A stretch of DNA of 64,000 nt from a virus (Duplodnaviria; Caudoviricetes), in the IMG/VR virus record IMGVR_UViG_3300009420_000006, positions 15,734-79,733 of that record. One strand, given 5' to 3'. This document shows, piece by piece, positions 51,601 through 58,053 of this stretch. A program made the position numbers and the translations under genes. The notes under the pieces were generated by a model. That model saw nothing but the letters and a program-made list of their open reading frames with translations. It searched no databases and was not told the DNA's origin. Numbering within the stretch: the stretch's first letter is position 1; each line of letters begins with the position of its first letter.

Positions 51601-52702
51601 AGATAGCTTTGTTGAAAATGTACTAGGAAATCCTAATCATCCTTTATATGAAAACCAAGTAGTACGCCTATTGGAAAGTGACCCTAACAAACGTGTTGGA
51701 GATGTTGCTAATAATATAAAGTTAAGAAACAATGATAGAAAAGTTTATGAACAAAACTCTATCATATATAGTTTCCGTCAACTTAAAGATTATCTATCTG
51801 CTGATAGTAAACTATATGATCAAATTGTAATAACTTCTGTACTACAGTCAGGTTTAAATAATTCTCCTATATCATTTACATCTTTATTACCCTATGAAGA
51901 CTTCCAAAAAATATACAATCAAACGTTGTCTACCTTAGAAAAAAACCCTAACTTGAACGACTTCTATGAACTAGGTATGTTCGAGAGAAATAATTGGTCT
52001 GTTGGAAGTGGAATTGTTCCATCAAAGAAGGCTCCTTGGATAGAAACAAGTAAAGGTATTCCTCAATATAATCCAGGAATGTTATACCTTCCTAAAAACA
52101 TTAAGGCAAGTACAGCTACAAGAGCTATACCTCAATTAGTAACACTTGGTACAGGAACTAGAGAAGGGCAATCAGACTACATAACATACAGTTGGAATAA
52201 TGGAAACTTTACTGCAAAGCAAAGAAAAGAAATGGCCTCTAAAGGAGACTTCTCATTTATTAATAAAGCCTTATTTAAGAAAGTAAAGAGTTTTAATGAA
52301 GATTTTATTCATAGCTATGTGCAGAAAAAAACTGGTAGACTCATGGAATATTTTGTATACAAACATATAAATGCATTAGGGGATTCGTACAGAGCTCAAG
52401 AGTATTACATGACATCTAGACCTTCTGTGTTTGATAATGGTTTATTAAAAGCAGAAGAGAAACAAGACAGTACTATAATAGCTGCATGGAAAGGTCAATC
52501 TAATGTTACTGTAAGACCAGTAGCTAATAAAAATAATACATCAGATAGTAATGAACTAGTTACTAAAAAAGGTAAATCATTTAAACTAAGTTTATCAAAT
52601 GCTACGTATAGTCAAGGGGCTATTAACCCAATACTCTTAACAGACCTAGGTTATACACAAGAACAAGCAGGTGAGATACTTGAACAAATTTGTAAATCAT
52701 AA
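39656..52702 (+). CDS. Giant virion protein containing the crAss-like virion RNA polymerase
   Basis: RIPTQ..NS followed by the catalytic DxDxD motif DFDID (50048-50062), as in phi14:2 gp66. Also has N-terminal hydrophobic Gly/Ala segments, coiled coils and a zincin-like HEAFE. Confidence 0.9.
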   Translation: MSKEIKKAQTGITLPPMATVPNSPSGRPLSSGYTPPGLPGPMPNIATRPNLGVASSNSNKPSALQSLIRNAGTPGNIGKGSRNTTADEYEGSDRYDYFQPTSMGVDNENLAGQYQSFGSKAVNGVGKGLILTGTTFLQGTVGLVNGVYQAVNDGKFSSFYDNEFNRGLDEINKWSEDAMPNYYTTAESNANWYSPKYWKTGNFLFDGVIKNLGFATGAYLTGNAYTSALKALPGTSRLFSMGKAAETLAATEKGLSAANKGAGVYGEVKALSDSFLTQYNLLNPAGRAVVAGLSTTGEAGIEALHNSNEFRQELIDEFKAEFGVIPSGVAMENINAAVEGAGNSSFYANVGILAASNYIMFPRIARSGYKASKRNINGLVREIDDIAYEGGKYAAKTSKLHPILRTLNNIRPYTFTVSEAIEEVSQYGTSVGTQDYYNKQYNNEATSWLTSIGVGLTKGVFSDEGAKNALIGGLSGGIMTGRGRYRKNKQRAADTAQAVELLNDFQLSDFTKESIYSNNRAGVLGEELEQAAERGDALSYKNLENQYIINYLTPRIKYGRFDLVLQDIADMKKLASTEQGFAQLQAEGKVQDGDTKEAFIARLENFKQTGKDVQSLYQSLELRYGGITEKGPDGKQYRVYGPDVINKMIYAASTIADADNRIPQLTSDIQAAVPTLDIQQILQDILRGETESFNNAVDTISNLDVLSDIKDELGEKLNDAAALIKIRELMLQEYELIKTKPKNFQEKPLSQQDGVKTYEELLEDDANSFVVKTKKGEQSLQIGQEYFVGQGVNFEGETPLGEPVVISSFVPVGQNEDGTIQIKDQSGQVRDISPDVLLDYNVGRKSTLVNNKTANFYYRNRDKIFQFNFGKNFGGKRQGRLMYNNGKLFFVYKDSNGTILKKELANKFFAPQPGFDQARITPVGTVTAEQQDAANQFLSPEELAKNEQTLQSNRESRLKIMNDLGVESKRRLEEINKQLEKDRKKLAIIKKDLESIYTMKEGGSRIKLTYSKAQKNFTRAINNYTSMQQDTQDRITELEREQEELDLNISYFEAFEVDLLDLPGNTGEFLKELKDQLSLLEQNGKAVNNEIKANNKLLDSITKAAKKAAKLLKSALETTYVYDEDYGDYLRDLLEKAATGEDLLTTWPLLKLELANFNLTNDIQKETNISERGVFDALESLKELEATLESLRGEYKAKKAIVDRFQRVMDEYAAEQQAQDKIANDTKLIADLNQTASTSPVTDAEPKSFDPISKKSNVIVPRASIGEPTGPIQDHHVRANTFGVNLNKFANRKNIRAVYVTLKTQDQKLDGVVQRILDNGSPELMEKFGDSIIVMVMVDTAGNLVGVDGQPIPNTKNQLDNAIYQTIPEASLTNTKGSLFRVEDSETAGIKKQFGVFRKGILDRTTIDAPFQIEASFGVPQYEKDSNENDVLGTTSVVEADLISETDLSKTNVIFIPTTNKNIFKGTVAYSQPFGSVFLDLPNGYVKLRNRKHTTQEAEAIYDALYAVSKELVDEDKGATSDASVRLFNFLQGVTYWGIPKDANGNTKTAGQNSVFFKREVTESVQGLDFTRLMLTLGTSVNNIQFNPASISKNKEFIIETLGQMYNNIDNSKLQNIDQSFEQITKVLDDGTVESIVWPNYQTYLLSKNIPGGGTRQDFQLPLHTTMKPVVEGSDEVNRKGVYFVNEDSAEDFISEVVPTRVEIIRKSKAPATEPLLDFAAPTQQTSEVKVVNEVYDPITDDAYSLNLNYKGRKYDMVISRNGEIIDPSYYNSKTLKDVDVEPSFFKFTSQDIKNIFLEIEGSTPQTSEVEGLKRNYVDLKNPITDFEPEVQKLFNTPNPTIEQYNSAVSNYEFDLSADLPTDSLRKSIESKLQDVKNSFTITRSTPQAAEVKVVFDNKTNNTYTSAGGKKILFKVSPNTSNENYMEEGQISVMMNDDLKQLLAEISEAYPNKEQEKKEKEKLKLSIKYEILISIGAELARLNAQNAQTEISVTPEMLAKIEAKRKETGKPPVSDSVKEALERGRNNMNNEVLRKVVTESIEGMSEENWKEARAWMSKNLPGVNFNKVKNIIKTKNGRKAWGFFEKNSIYVYENAEVGTVYHEAFEAVFAQFLSPQEKEKLFNEFTSRKGTFVDRPTGRTVKYSQATRDEMREQLAEDFRDYIQDKKKPEGGFFSRLFKQLKDLIEKWFLSPQSQTYSNELFDKIDGGGFVSLDYLPLLPFGLFNSYDTVDFATPGTSAVFRVETGLSDVQSHDTIEHMTYLTLKNIIANNESLFSVPELNQTELYNRLKGEVLASVGQVAQEYKDIRPMFVDSTEDLQEIDNKIGETVDLMQKIDDSWVELTKKHKEYIRSFGITFDEADQLQIEEDKSNKGYNSDATKIDNFKKTGAAVRLLLGTIPIVTVNENADVRFSPSTINGVKLLPITQTYITVLENVSNATSIENMLEKLRNVALNDPNYLALYKRLSGRSATEGAVSLDNITERHQLTLLAALFKTFKKQDPTVKLVTVLENGETLVTDANLSTASRQMSQQYLNSIVTTSKKGSGIFKQIGEVFNPDSRKLAKYPLNTLQNMFNFLGELGIPFNTKEYNNFDQGQRGRFKSAVNGIKKSIEQSKNIKFFSTKTLNFAGQILNLATLKVLATNPEASSTFFNIEGERVQTYIGTNAASEVHNFMTSVGNKQELGDTPYSYLLTDVFAQNSTIIERVYDAEGNLRTDKVNLFKPGYAGGILNGPKGTAKKSSQLQFADRLRQELNLNINGQYLNLVPGDSSLEHMLEMGNPINEQDLVEGSPRFNTVMRGYFISEVELAREKRDIVEIDNRQTSDLRFFKEILGEELHEEIRQNVLDPALTSEQVYEISVNKIIDATSSYMRRNTSQYGAFLLKYSVVKQAENEQSGELTDRYTAPGVEGMTNMTMQEMDRKLIVLQANYVIANIEMHKILYGDPYGYKDELKRTKSFLSPRQAMVNNSPQWNNRANEIWNRGLEKGTVGHTEFTRDYFRTVTGGDVTGVIDIPNYKAYTETDGGGIISIKSYRNFRLRTADWNDAEENQYRYDIAWYKRHKSLPLSKSEKDLLKEGNPQVQSTYVTLKPIVSGAKLDKDGSVSANNNVVLDKYALYPLSYRVIHEINPTSNLLKLYDKMQREDIDYKIFESGRKVGAEGIHDTYNKDGEFNNAEYESVINIPFNIMSLQSEVPSKEDGRVTRASQITKLITLDYLENGMPIDYKGTLDQWLTLTEEQKQKASTIYAEIQNNTKLLDEMTKEGLNVMMKKLGITRVGNAYKVTDLAPAAKTLREELFKRETNDNISDALDGFLIGDAVIEATPAYNQIRNILYSIVQKSIVRPKINGGQKVQISSALFESTRTKETTINGKTGYTSEVLKFYNNSKGENVMEVMVGRWFGSSLSDEALLEYLNNTEEGQKILRGVAFRIPTQKQNSIDAIKIKQFLPKEFGDNVVVPAALVEKVGSDFDIDKLFMYLKNVTYINNKLQLVPFYGYGEQAKKRFGELFDAGSLLNKTQQKELQAQIDLFESGELEGDLIEAIFGETFDNQDVIDDYILELKDKGIRQTVIDRMYMRSLENEFIQSTENLITFPENYERLTVPNDASQLEELSKEIVDKTKESAFNYRNVGNLLNRRFMARLRNAFVQGKRGIGIAAVNQTNLALNQHSPVFVELDSIKFRRKNTVNIPDNGEMISLSGIKNKAGDYISDINGQVIDGMVDIAAGPWVIELGVTPTTASTWLYLVKAGVPIDSVAYFMNQPIIVDYLNKIEESGYTWLFIEDFANELKENKYGSPTNLTSAEKELLPGVDVLRSQLGKANFSNRDAAYQRFILDEFINYARQAQDLFEVTQGTNWDTSTFNDPMLIFKKGQQYENALTKPIFSYVGGKVIPAAEALIETTFLKETILSLQQARNGIAELLTSDQDTSRTVLQKVLLPYVNRPDRQFIKISRAATNSFFDYAVQTDQDLNMFLKALLIDKNGTASKVDSFVENVLGNPNHPLYENQVVRLLESDPNKRVGDVANNIKLRNNDRKVYEQNSIIYSFRQLKDYLSADSKLYDQIVITSVLQSGLNNSPISFTSLLPYEDFQKIYNQTLSTLEKNPNLNDFYELGMFERNNWSVGSGIVPSKKAPWIETSKGIPQYNPGMLYLPKNIKASTATRAIPQLVTLGTGTREGQSDYITYSWNNGNFTAKQRKEMASKGDFSFINKALFKKVKSFNEDFIHSYVQKKTGRLMEYFVYKHINALGDSYRAQEYYMTSRPSVFDNGLLKAEEKQDSTIIAAWKGQSNVTVRPVANKNNTSDSNELVTKKGKSFKLSLSNATYSQGAINPILLTDLGYTQEQAGEILEQICKS
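44819..45340 (+). repeat. Three in-frame imperfect direct repeats (QTSEV-like) spaced 243 and 246 bp
   Basis: CAAACTAGTGAGGTTAAAGTTGTA, CAAACTAGTGAAGTTGAAGG and CAAGCTGCTGAGGTTAAAGTTGTA. Confidence 0.75.
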
Positions 52703-52705
52703 AGA

Positions 52706-55700
52706 ATGGCACTATGTCCTAATATAAACTCTCCTGAATGGAAACAACTTGTTGCTGCACAAGGTAAAGCAAAAGCATATTTTCTGTGGAATGAATACAG
52801 TGGTGATGTTCCTGGACAGGAGTATACTGGTGTGTTAAAAGTTGAGTCTCTTGCTCCTAAGGTTAAAGAACTAATAGCTAAGATGGGTGTAAGTATTGTA
52901 GACTTGCAAACATATGCAAAGTCCAATCCTGAGATTGATTTAACAGGAGCTGAGTCTCTTGCTGATGCTGTTGGAAAGATCATTGCTATAAGTAAAGGAT
53001 CTACTGAAATAGTAATAACAGAAGAGTTAGTTCACATTGCTACTGAAATAATAAATCAAAAGAACCCTACGTTAATCACAGAGATGATATCTAAGATAGG
53101 TAGGTTTAAAATATATAAAGATACTCTAGAACAATATAGACTAATACCGGCTTATCAACTTCCTGATGGAAGACCAAACATAAGAAAGATAAAGAAAGAA
53201 GCAGTAGATAAATTAATTACTCAACTAGTTTCTACTGAAATAAATGGGGAAACGGTAAAGAATACAGAAGAATTATTAGAAGAAGAAAATGCTTCTATAA
53301 TTAGAAGAATTTGGAATTCTATAACTGATTGGTTTAATGGACAATATGCAGCATCTAATTTAGATATATTTCAAACAGCAGCTAGTCAAGTTACTGAAGG
53401 AGTAGAGGGAAATCTAATTGATGGTACACCTACAGACTTATACTATTCTGTAACTAATGTTCAAAAGATTATACAGAGAGAGTTATTGGAAACTCAGAAA
53501 ACCCTTAGAAGTGTTCCTGTAATAAAAAAGAACTCTAATCCTTTACTAGAAGATGAAGTAAGTAATGAATATGAAGTGCTTATAAACGGTGAGTGGGTAA
53601 AGAATCCAAAGAGAGTAACAGATAGAACAAAGGCTTGGTATAACTCAAAGTTTAGAGATAAAAAACCATTCACTAAAGAACAGGATAGAGATAATGAACT
53701 TAAAAAACAACTCGGTATAGAGTTTCATGACTACTTTGAAGAAATACATTCTAGATATTTTAATGAAGATGGAACAAGAAGAGAGTTTCCTTCACCTCGT
53801 CCTGTAATACAAGATGCTAAAAAAGCTGTAGTGTATGCAAAGTTAGAAACATACTATACAGATCTTATTGCAGAGTTTTCTAGAGATGGAAAAACTCCTC
53901 TTGTGTTTTCTGAAATGATGATCTATGATCCAAAAGCAAAAGAAGCTGGTACCGTTGACCTTCTTATTGTAGATGAAGATGGAAAGTCTCATATATATGA
54001 TTGGAAGTTTATGAATATAGCTAAGTCAGCTAATGATGTAGCGTGGTATAAACAAGGAGCTTTTGATATTCAACTTGGTACATATAAAAAGATATTAAAA
54101 AATTACTATGGTGTTAAAAACATAGGAAAGATTAGAGCTATTCCTATATCTATGGAGTTACAAAGAGAAAACTTTCAAAACCCTAAATCTCCATTAAGGT
54201 TTACTGGTATAGCTATAGGTAGTGTAAATCCTACTGAAGTAGAACCACTCACTATTACTCCAGTATCTGAAAAGACGGAGTCCACTGGTGATGAAAAACT
54301 AGATGAACTAATAATAAAGTTAAATGCTGTATATTCTCAAATAGAAAAAACAACGCCTACTAAAGAAGAAGAAAGAGTTAGTAAAAGAGAACGACTTAAT
54401 ATTCTTAAACTTGCTATACGTCAAGCACAAGCTAATGAAAACGTTAGGTATGTTATAGATGCTTTAGCAGTAGTACAAACAGAAGGAGAGAATATTATAT
54501 CTGAGTATAAAACTTTATATGAAGGAAGACCTGCACAATCAACAGACTTTGAAAATGGACAACTCTCAGATTTTTCTAGTAGAATGGTTGAGTACATGAA
54601 CTCTTCTTCTGCATTTAGTAAACTTAATCAGGAGCTAGCACCTATACTTGCAGGATCAGATATATCTTCAGAACAGAAGAAAGCAATTCAAGATGATCTT
54701 AATGAAAAAACTCGATTGTTAAATACAAACATTGATGAAATAGCAAAGATAGGCGGTGAGTTCTCAAATAAATTTGTAGGGCTTAGAAACAATGTAACAG
54801 GACTATTAGATCCTCAAGCTTTATTAAGAGGTTTAAAATCTACTTTCCGAAGTTTATCAGAGTTACCTCTTCCTTCTTTAAGAATACTATCTAGATTGGC
54901 TAGAATAGCACAATCAAAAGGTCAAGCTGAATCATTAAATGATGTTAATAAACTTCTAGAAATTAGAGATAGATTAAAAACTACTGGTCGTAATCTTCTA
55001 GATGTTGTAAAGCCTTTATATCAAAAAGATGAAAAAGGAAGTATAGTAAATAGACTTATATATAAATTCTCTAAAGATTTTTATGATTCAGTTGAGGATA
55101 ATGCTGAAGAAGGAAATAGAAGTAGAAAATGGTTATATGATAATATAGATGTAGAAGCTTATAAAAAAGAAGCTAACGAAATTCTTCGTAAAACATTAGC
55201 TGGATATAATAGTCTTTATGATGATGCGGAACTAAGAGATAAATATTCTCAAGAAGCTAAACAGAAGTGGGATATAACTAGAACTGACTTTAATGGATTT
55301 AGTAACTACGTAATAAAAAGACACCCATTAGCTAAATGGGAATCAGCTGAATTTGTTAATATTAAAAAAGATCAAGACCTTCTGGACCTTTACAATTTTA
55401 TAGAAGAGATGAATACAAAAGCTAAGGATATGGGCTATCTACAAAATAGAATAGCATCTACATTCTTACCATATGTACGTAAAGGAACTGCAGAAAGTCT
55501 AGCATGGGACTCTGGATTAAGTGTTATCACAAATTGGACACAGTCATTAACTAGAAGAACAGATGATTTAGGCTATGGCTCTGTAAATGAGATTACAGGA
55601 GAAACAGAAAGTGCTATACCTAAATATTACACTAGTGATTTTAGTAAAACTGAAGACCCTCAAGTAAATGATATGACTGATGTATCATTAGAATTCTTTA

Positions 55701-57562
55701 AGAATCAAATACTTTATATTCAACAAATGAATAAATATAAGTATATGCAAGAGATCGAAGGGCAAATTAATCTAGTTAGAACAATAGTAAAAACAAAAGA
55801 TCACTTTAAAACTGGAGCGTTTTCTAAGGTGGTTACTAAAGGAGGAGAGCCTATTGTAGAAACAGGTAATGATGCTAATTCTAAGGTCTTTGATCTATTC
55901 ATGGAACAAATTATGTATGATAATTCATTCCCTGCAGACAGTGAAGATTTTGGAATACCTACAGGTAGAGTAAGATCAGGAATAAATACTGTTTGGGAGA
56001 AGATGACAGGTAAACCTTTGTTTGATGTAAATGATAAAGGAACTAACTATTCTGTTATCAAAAGTATGCAAGCTTTAAATAATGCTTTTCAAATGAAAAC
56101 ATTAGGACTAGAACCTATCTCTGGTGCTGTAAATATGTTTGGTGCAAACATTCAAATAGCAACGCAAGCAGGTACCTACTTTAATTTTAGAGAGTACGTT
56201 AAAAATGAATTAAAAGTTTTAGGAAATTGGAGTAGAAAGAAAGGTGGTGTAGAAACAAAACAAATGAAAGCTTTCGATCAATTGACTGATTTGTTTATGC
56301 CCCTTAAGGATAGTCCTACATACGAGAAGTTAAAGAAGGCCGGTATAAATCTAGGTACAAAGTTAGACTCTGAGTCAGGTGATGTTTTGTTTGCATTTTT
56401 TAGACAACCAGAATTAGTTTTAGAAAGAGGATTGTTTATGACTCTTCTAGATAACTCAATGATTGTAGATGGAAAGATAATAAATATACCTGAGTTTGTA
56501 AGAAATAAATATAAAGGTAGGTATGATAGTGCTGCATCTTTTAGTGCAGTTAAAGGTAATATACAATCTGAAATAGAAGATCTTAAAAAGAACAAGTCTA
56601 TAACTAGTACTGCTAAAATAGGAGAGAATGGTAAGGTAGAAGTACCAGGTTTAGATCTAAATAATAGAAAAGAACTACAACGTCTTACAGACCTTACAAG
56701 AACTTTAGCTAGAAATGCTACAGGTGGTTTTACAGAATTTGATAGTATTAAAATGAACATGAACATTTGGACTAAGTCTATGATGGTGTTCAAAGGTTGG
56801 ATACCTAAACTTGTTGATACACGTTTTAGTGAATTCAGAAAAGTAGGAGATGACTTTAATGTAAGAGTTGATGAAAATGGATTAATTACTGGAGAGAAAT
56901 ATGATATAGGTAGAATAAGATTAATTTATGGTTTTTTATCTATAAATGTAATTAAGACTGTAAAAGATATAAAAGATGTACTATATGTGACTGATGCTGG
57001 TCTAGATACATTAGATAAAAAGTTTGAATATTATTCTAACTATTATAAAGAAACAACCGGTGAAGATTTAAACATGTCTAGAGAAGATTTTATAGATATG
57101 GTAAGAGTTAACCTTAGAAAACAATTACAAGAACTTGCATTGTTATTAGGATTAAACCTAATGTTGTTTGCAGTAGGGTTTATGGAACCAGATGATGATG
57201 ATGATAGAGCTGCAAGAAACTGGTTCTACTTTCAAGAGAAAACTCTTAGAAGATTTCAACAAGAACTTATGTTCTTTTATAATCCATCAGAATGGAGTGC
57301 TACTCTTGAGGGTGGGATATTCCCTTCTATCTCATTACTATCAGAGATCAGTAGATTCTTTATACAATCAAGTAAAGAGATTACTGGATTTGATTATAGT
57401 AATCCAAATAAATCTGCTGAGGATGTAAGAAGAGATGCATCACCTGTAAAATATGGTATGAAGTTACTACCTGTAACTAAATCTTTAGTGCAATGGTTGT
57501 CAATATTTGACATTGGTTTCGCTGAAGAATTTGATGTAACCATTAATGCACGTCCAAGATAA
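52706..57562 (+). CDS. Large cargo protein with a PD-(D/E)xK nuclease-like domain
   Basis: SE...AGTVDLL...IYDWK...QL..Y nuclease signature, degenerate zincin EELVH and a hydrophobic C-terminal helix LALLLGLNLMLFAVGF. Confidence 0.7.
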   Translation: MALCPNINSPEWKQLVAAQGKAKAYFLWNEYSGDVPGQEYTGVLKVESLAPKVKELIAKMGVSIVDLQTYAKSNPEIDLTGAESLADAVGKIIAISKGSTEIVITEELVHIATEIINQKNPTLITEMISKIGRFKIYKDTLEQYRLIPAYQLPDGRPNIRKIKKEAVDKLITQLVSTEINGETVKNTEELLEEENASIIRRIWNSITDWFNGQYAASNLDIFQTAASQVTEGVEGNLIDGTPTDLYYSVTNVQKIIQRELLETQKTLRSVPVIKKNSNPLLEDEVSNEYEVLINGEWVKNPKRVTDRTKAWYNSKFRDKKPFTKEQDRDNELKKQLGIEFHDYFEEIHSRYFNEDGTRREFPSPRPVIQDAKKAVVYAKLETYYTDLIAEFSRDGKTPLVFSEMMIYDPKAKEAGTVDLLIVDEDGKSHIYDWKFMNIAKSANDVAWYKQGAFDIQLGTYKKILKNYYGVKNIGKIRAIPISMELQRENFQNPKSPLRFTGIAIGSVNPTEVEPLTITPVSEKTESTGDEKLDELIIKLNAVYSQIEKTTPTKEEERVSKRERLNILKLAIRQAQANENVRYVIDALAVVQTEGENIISEYKTLYEGRPAQSTDFENGQLSDFSSRMVEYMNSSSAFSKLNQELAPILAGSDISSEQKKAIQDDLNEKTRLLNTNIDEIAKIGGEFSNKFVGLRNNVTGLLDPQALLRGLKSTFRSLSELPLPSLRILSRLARIAQSKGQAESLNDVNKLLEIRDRLKTTGRNLLDVVKPLYQKDEKGSIVNRLIYKFSKDFYDSVEDNAEEGNRSRKWLYDNIDVEAYKKEANEILRKTLAGYNSLYDDAELRDKYSQEAKQKWDITRTDFNGFSNYVIKRHPLAKWESAEFVNIKKDQDLLDLYNFIEEMNTKAKDMGYLQNRIASTFLPYVRKGTAESLAWDSGLSVITNWTQSLTRRTDDLGYGSVNEITGETESAIPKYYTSDFSKTEDPQVNDMTDVSLEFFKNQILYIQQMNKYKYMQEIEGQINLVRTIVKTKDHFKTGAFSKVVTKGGEPIVETGNDANSKVFDLFMEQIMYDNSFPADSEDFGIPTGRVRSGINTVWEKMTGKPLFDVNDKGTNYSVIKSMQALNNAFQMKTLGLEPISGAVNMFGANIQIATQAGTYFNFREYVKNELKVLGNWSRKKGGVETKQMKAFDQLTDLFMPLKDSPTYEKLKKAGINLGTKLDSESGDVLFAFFRQPELVLERGLFMTLLDNSMIVDGKIINIPEFVRNKYKGRYDSAASFSAVKGNIQSEIEDLKKNKSITSTAKIGENGKVEVPGLDLNNRKELQRLTDLTRTLARNATGGFTEFDSIKMNMNIWTKSMMVFKGWIPKLVDTRFSEFRKVGDDFNVRVDENGLITGEKYDIGRIRLIYGFLSINVIKTVKDIKDVLYVTDAGLDTLDKKFEYYSNYYKETTGEDLNMSREDFIDMVRVNLRKQLQELALLLGLNLMLFAVGFMEPDDDDDRAARNWFYFQEKTLRRFQQELMFFYNPSEWSATLEGGIFPSISLLSEISRFFIQSSKEITGFDYSNPNKSAEDVRRDASPVKYGMKLLPVTKSLVQWLSIFDIGFAEEFDVTINARPR

Positions 57563-57571
57563 CAACATGAT

Positions 57572-57636
57572 TGCTATATTATAGATAGATATTTTACTAG
57601 CAATGATTAAAAATATAAAATAATAACATAAATTCG
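57572..57636 (+). promoter_or_regulatory. Putative promoter for the distal fibre genes
   Basis: TGCTATATTAT box (also at 883-893) and a -7-like TAAATTCG at 57629-57636. Confidence 0.4.
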
Positions 57637-57643
57637 TAATAAT

Positions 57644-58039
57644 ATGAGAACCGCTGAAATTTGCCCCACATGTGCTGTATTCCAAAATGCAGAATGCATT
57701 ATATATAATGGTCCATACTTAGCTAATGCAATAATAAATCCTGGAGATAATTTAGAAAATATACTAGGAAGTATTGATAAAAACTTAGTACCTTCATACA
57801 GTACATCTACACCTAGTAGTCCTGCACCTTATGTAGGAAAGATACACGTAGATCAGACTGCTCCAGGTGGTAAAGTTTACATAGCTAATTTATCAGGAAC
57901 AGCTTCAGATTGGGAAGTACTTTTGACTGCACCTGTAACAGGTGTAGCTCAACATGCAAACAATGCTGCAGCTTTATTTGCTGGTATGACAATAGGAGAA
58001 GTATATAGAACAGGAGACTTCTTGAAAATAGTACACTAA
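57644..58039 (+). CDS. Small fibre-associated protein
   Basis: CIIYNGP N-module and C-terminal ANNAAA..AG...GEVYRTG. Confidence 0.6.
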   Translation: MRTAEICPTCAVFQNAECIIYNGPYLANAIINPGDNLENILGSIDKNLVPSYSTSTPSSPAPYVGKIHVDQTAPGGKVYIANLSGTASDWEVLLTAPVTGVAQHANNAAALFAGMTIGEVYRTGDFLKIVH

Positions 58040-58053
58040 AGATTTAATAAAAG

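Noticed and set aside
2307-52702. Introns or inteins in the MCP, muzzle or RNAP genes
   Set aside because: No frame interruptions or recognisable LAGLIDADG, HNH or intein motifs were seen; the muzzle break looks like a coupled ATGA overlap.
1350-57685. Other short nested or antisense ORFs in the track
   Set aside because: They overlap long coherent + strand genes and show no recognisable motifs.
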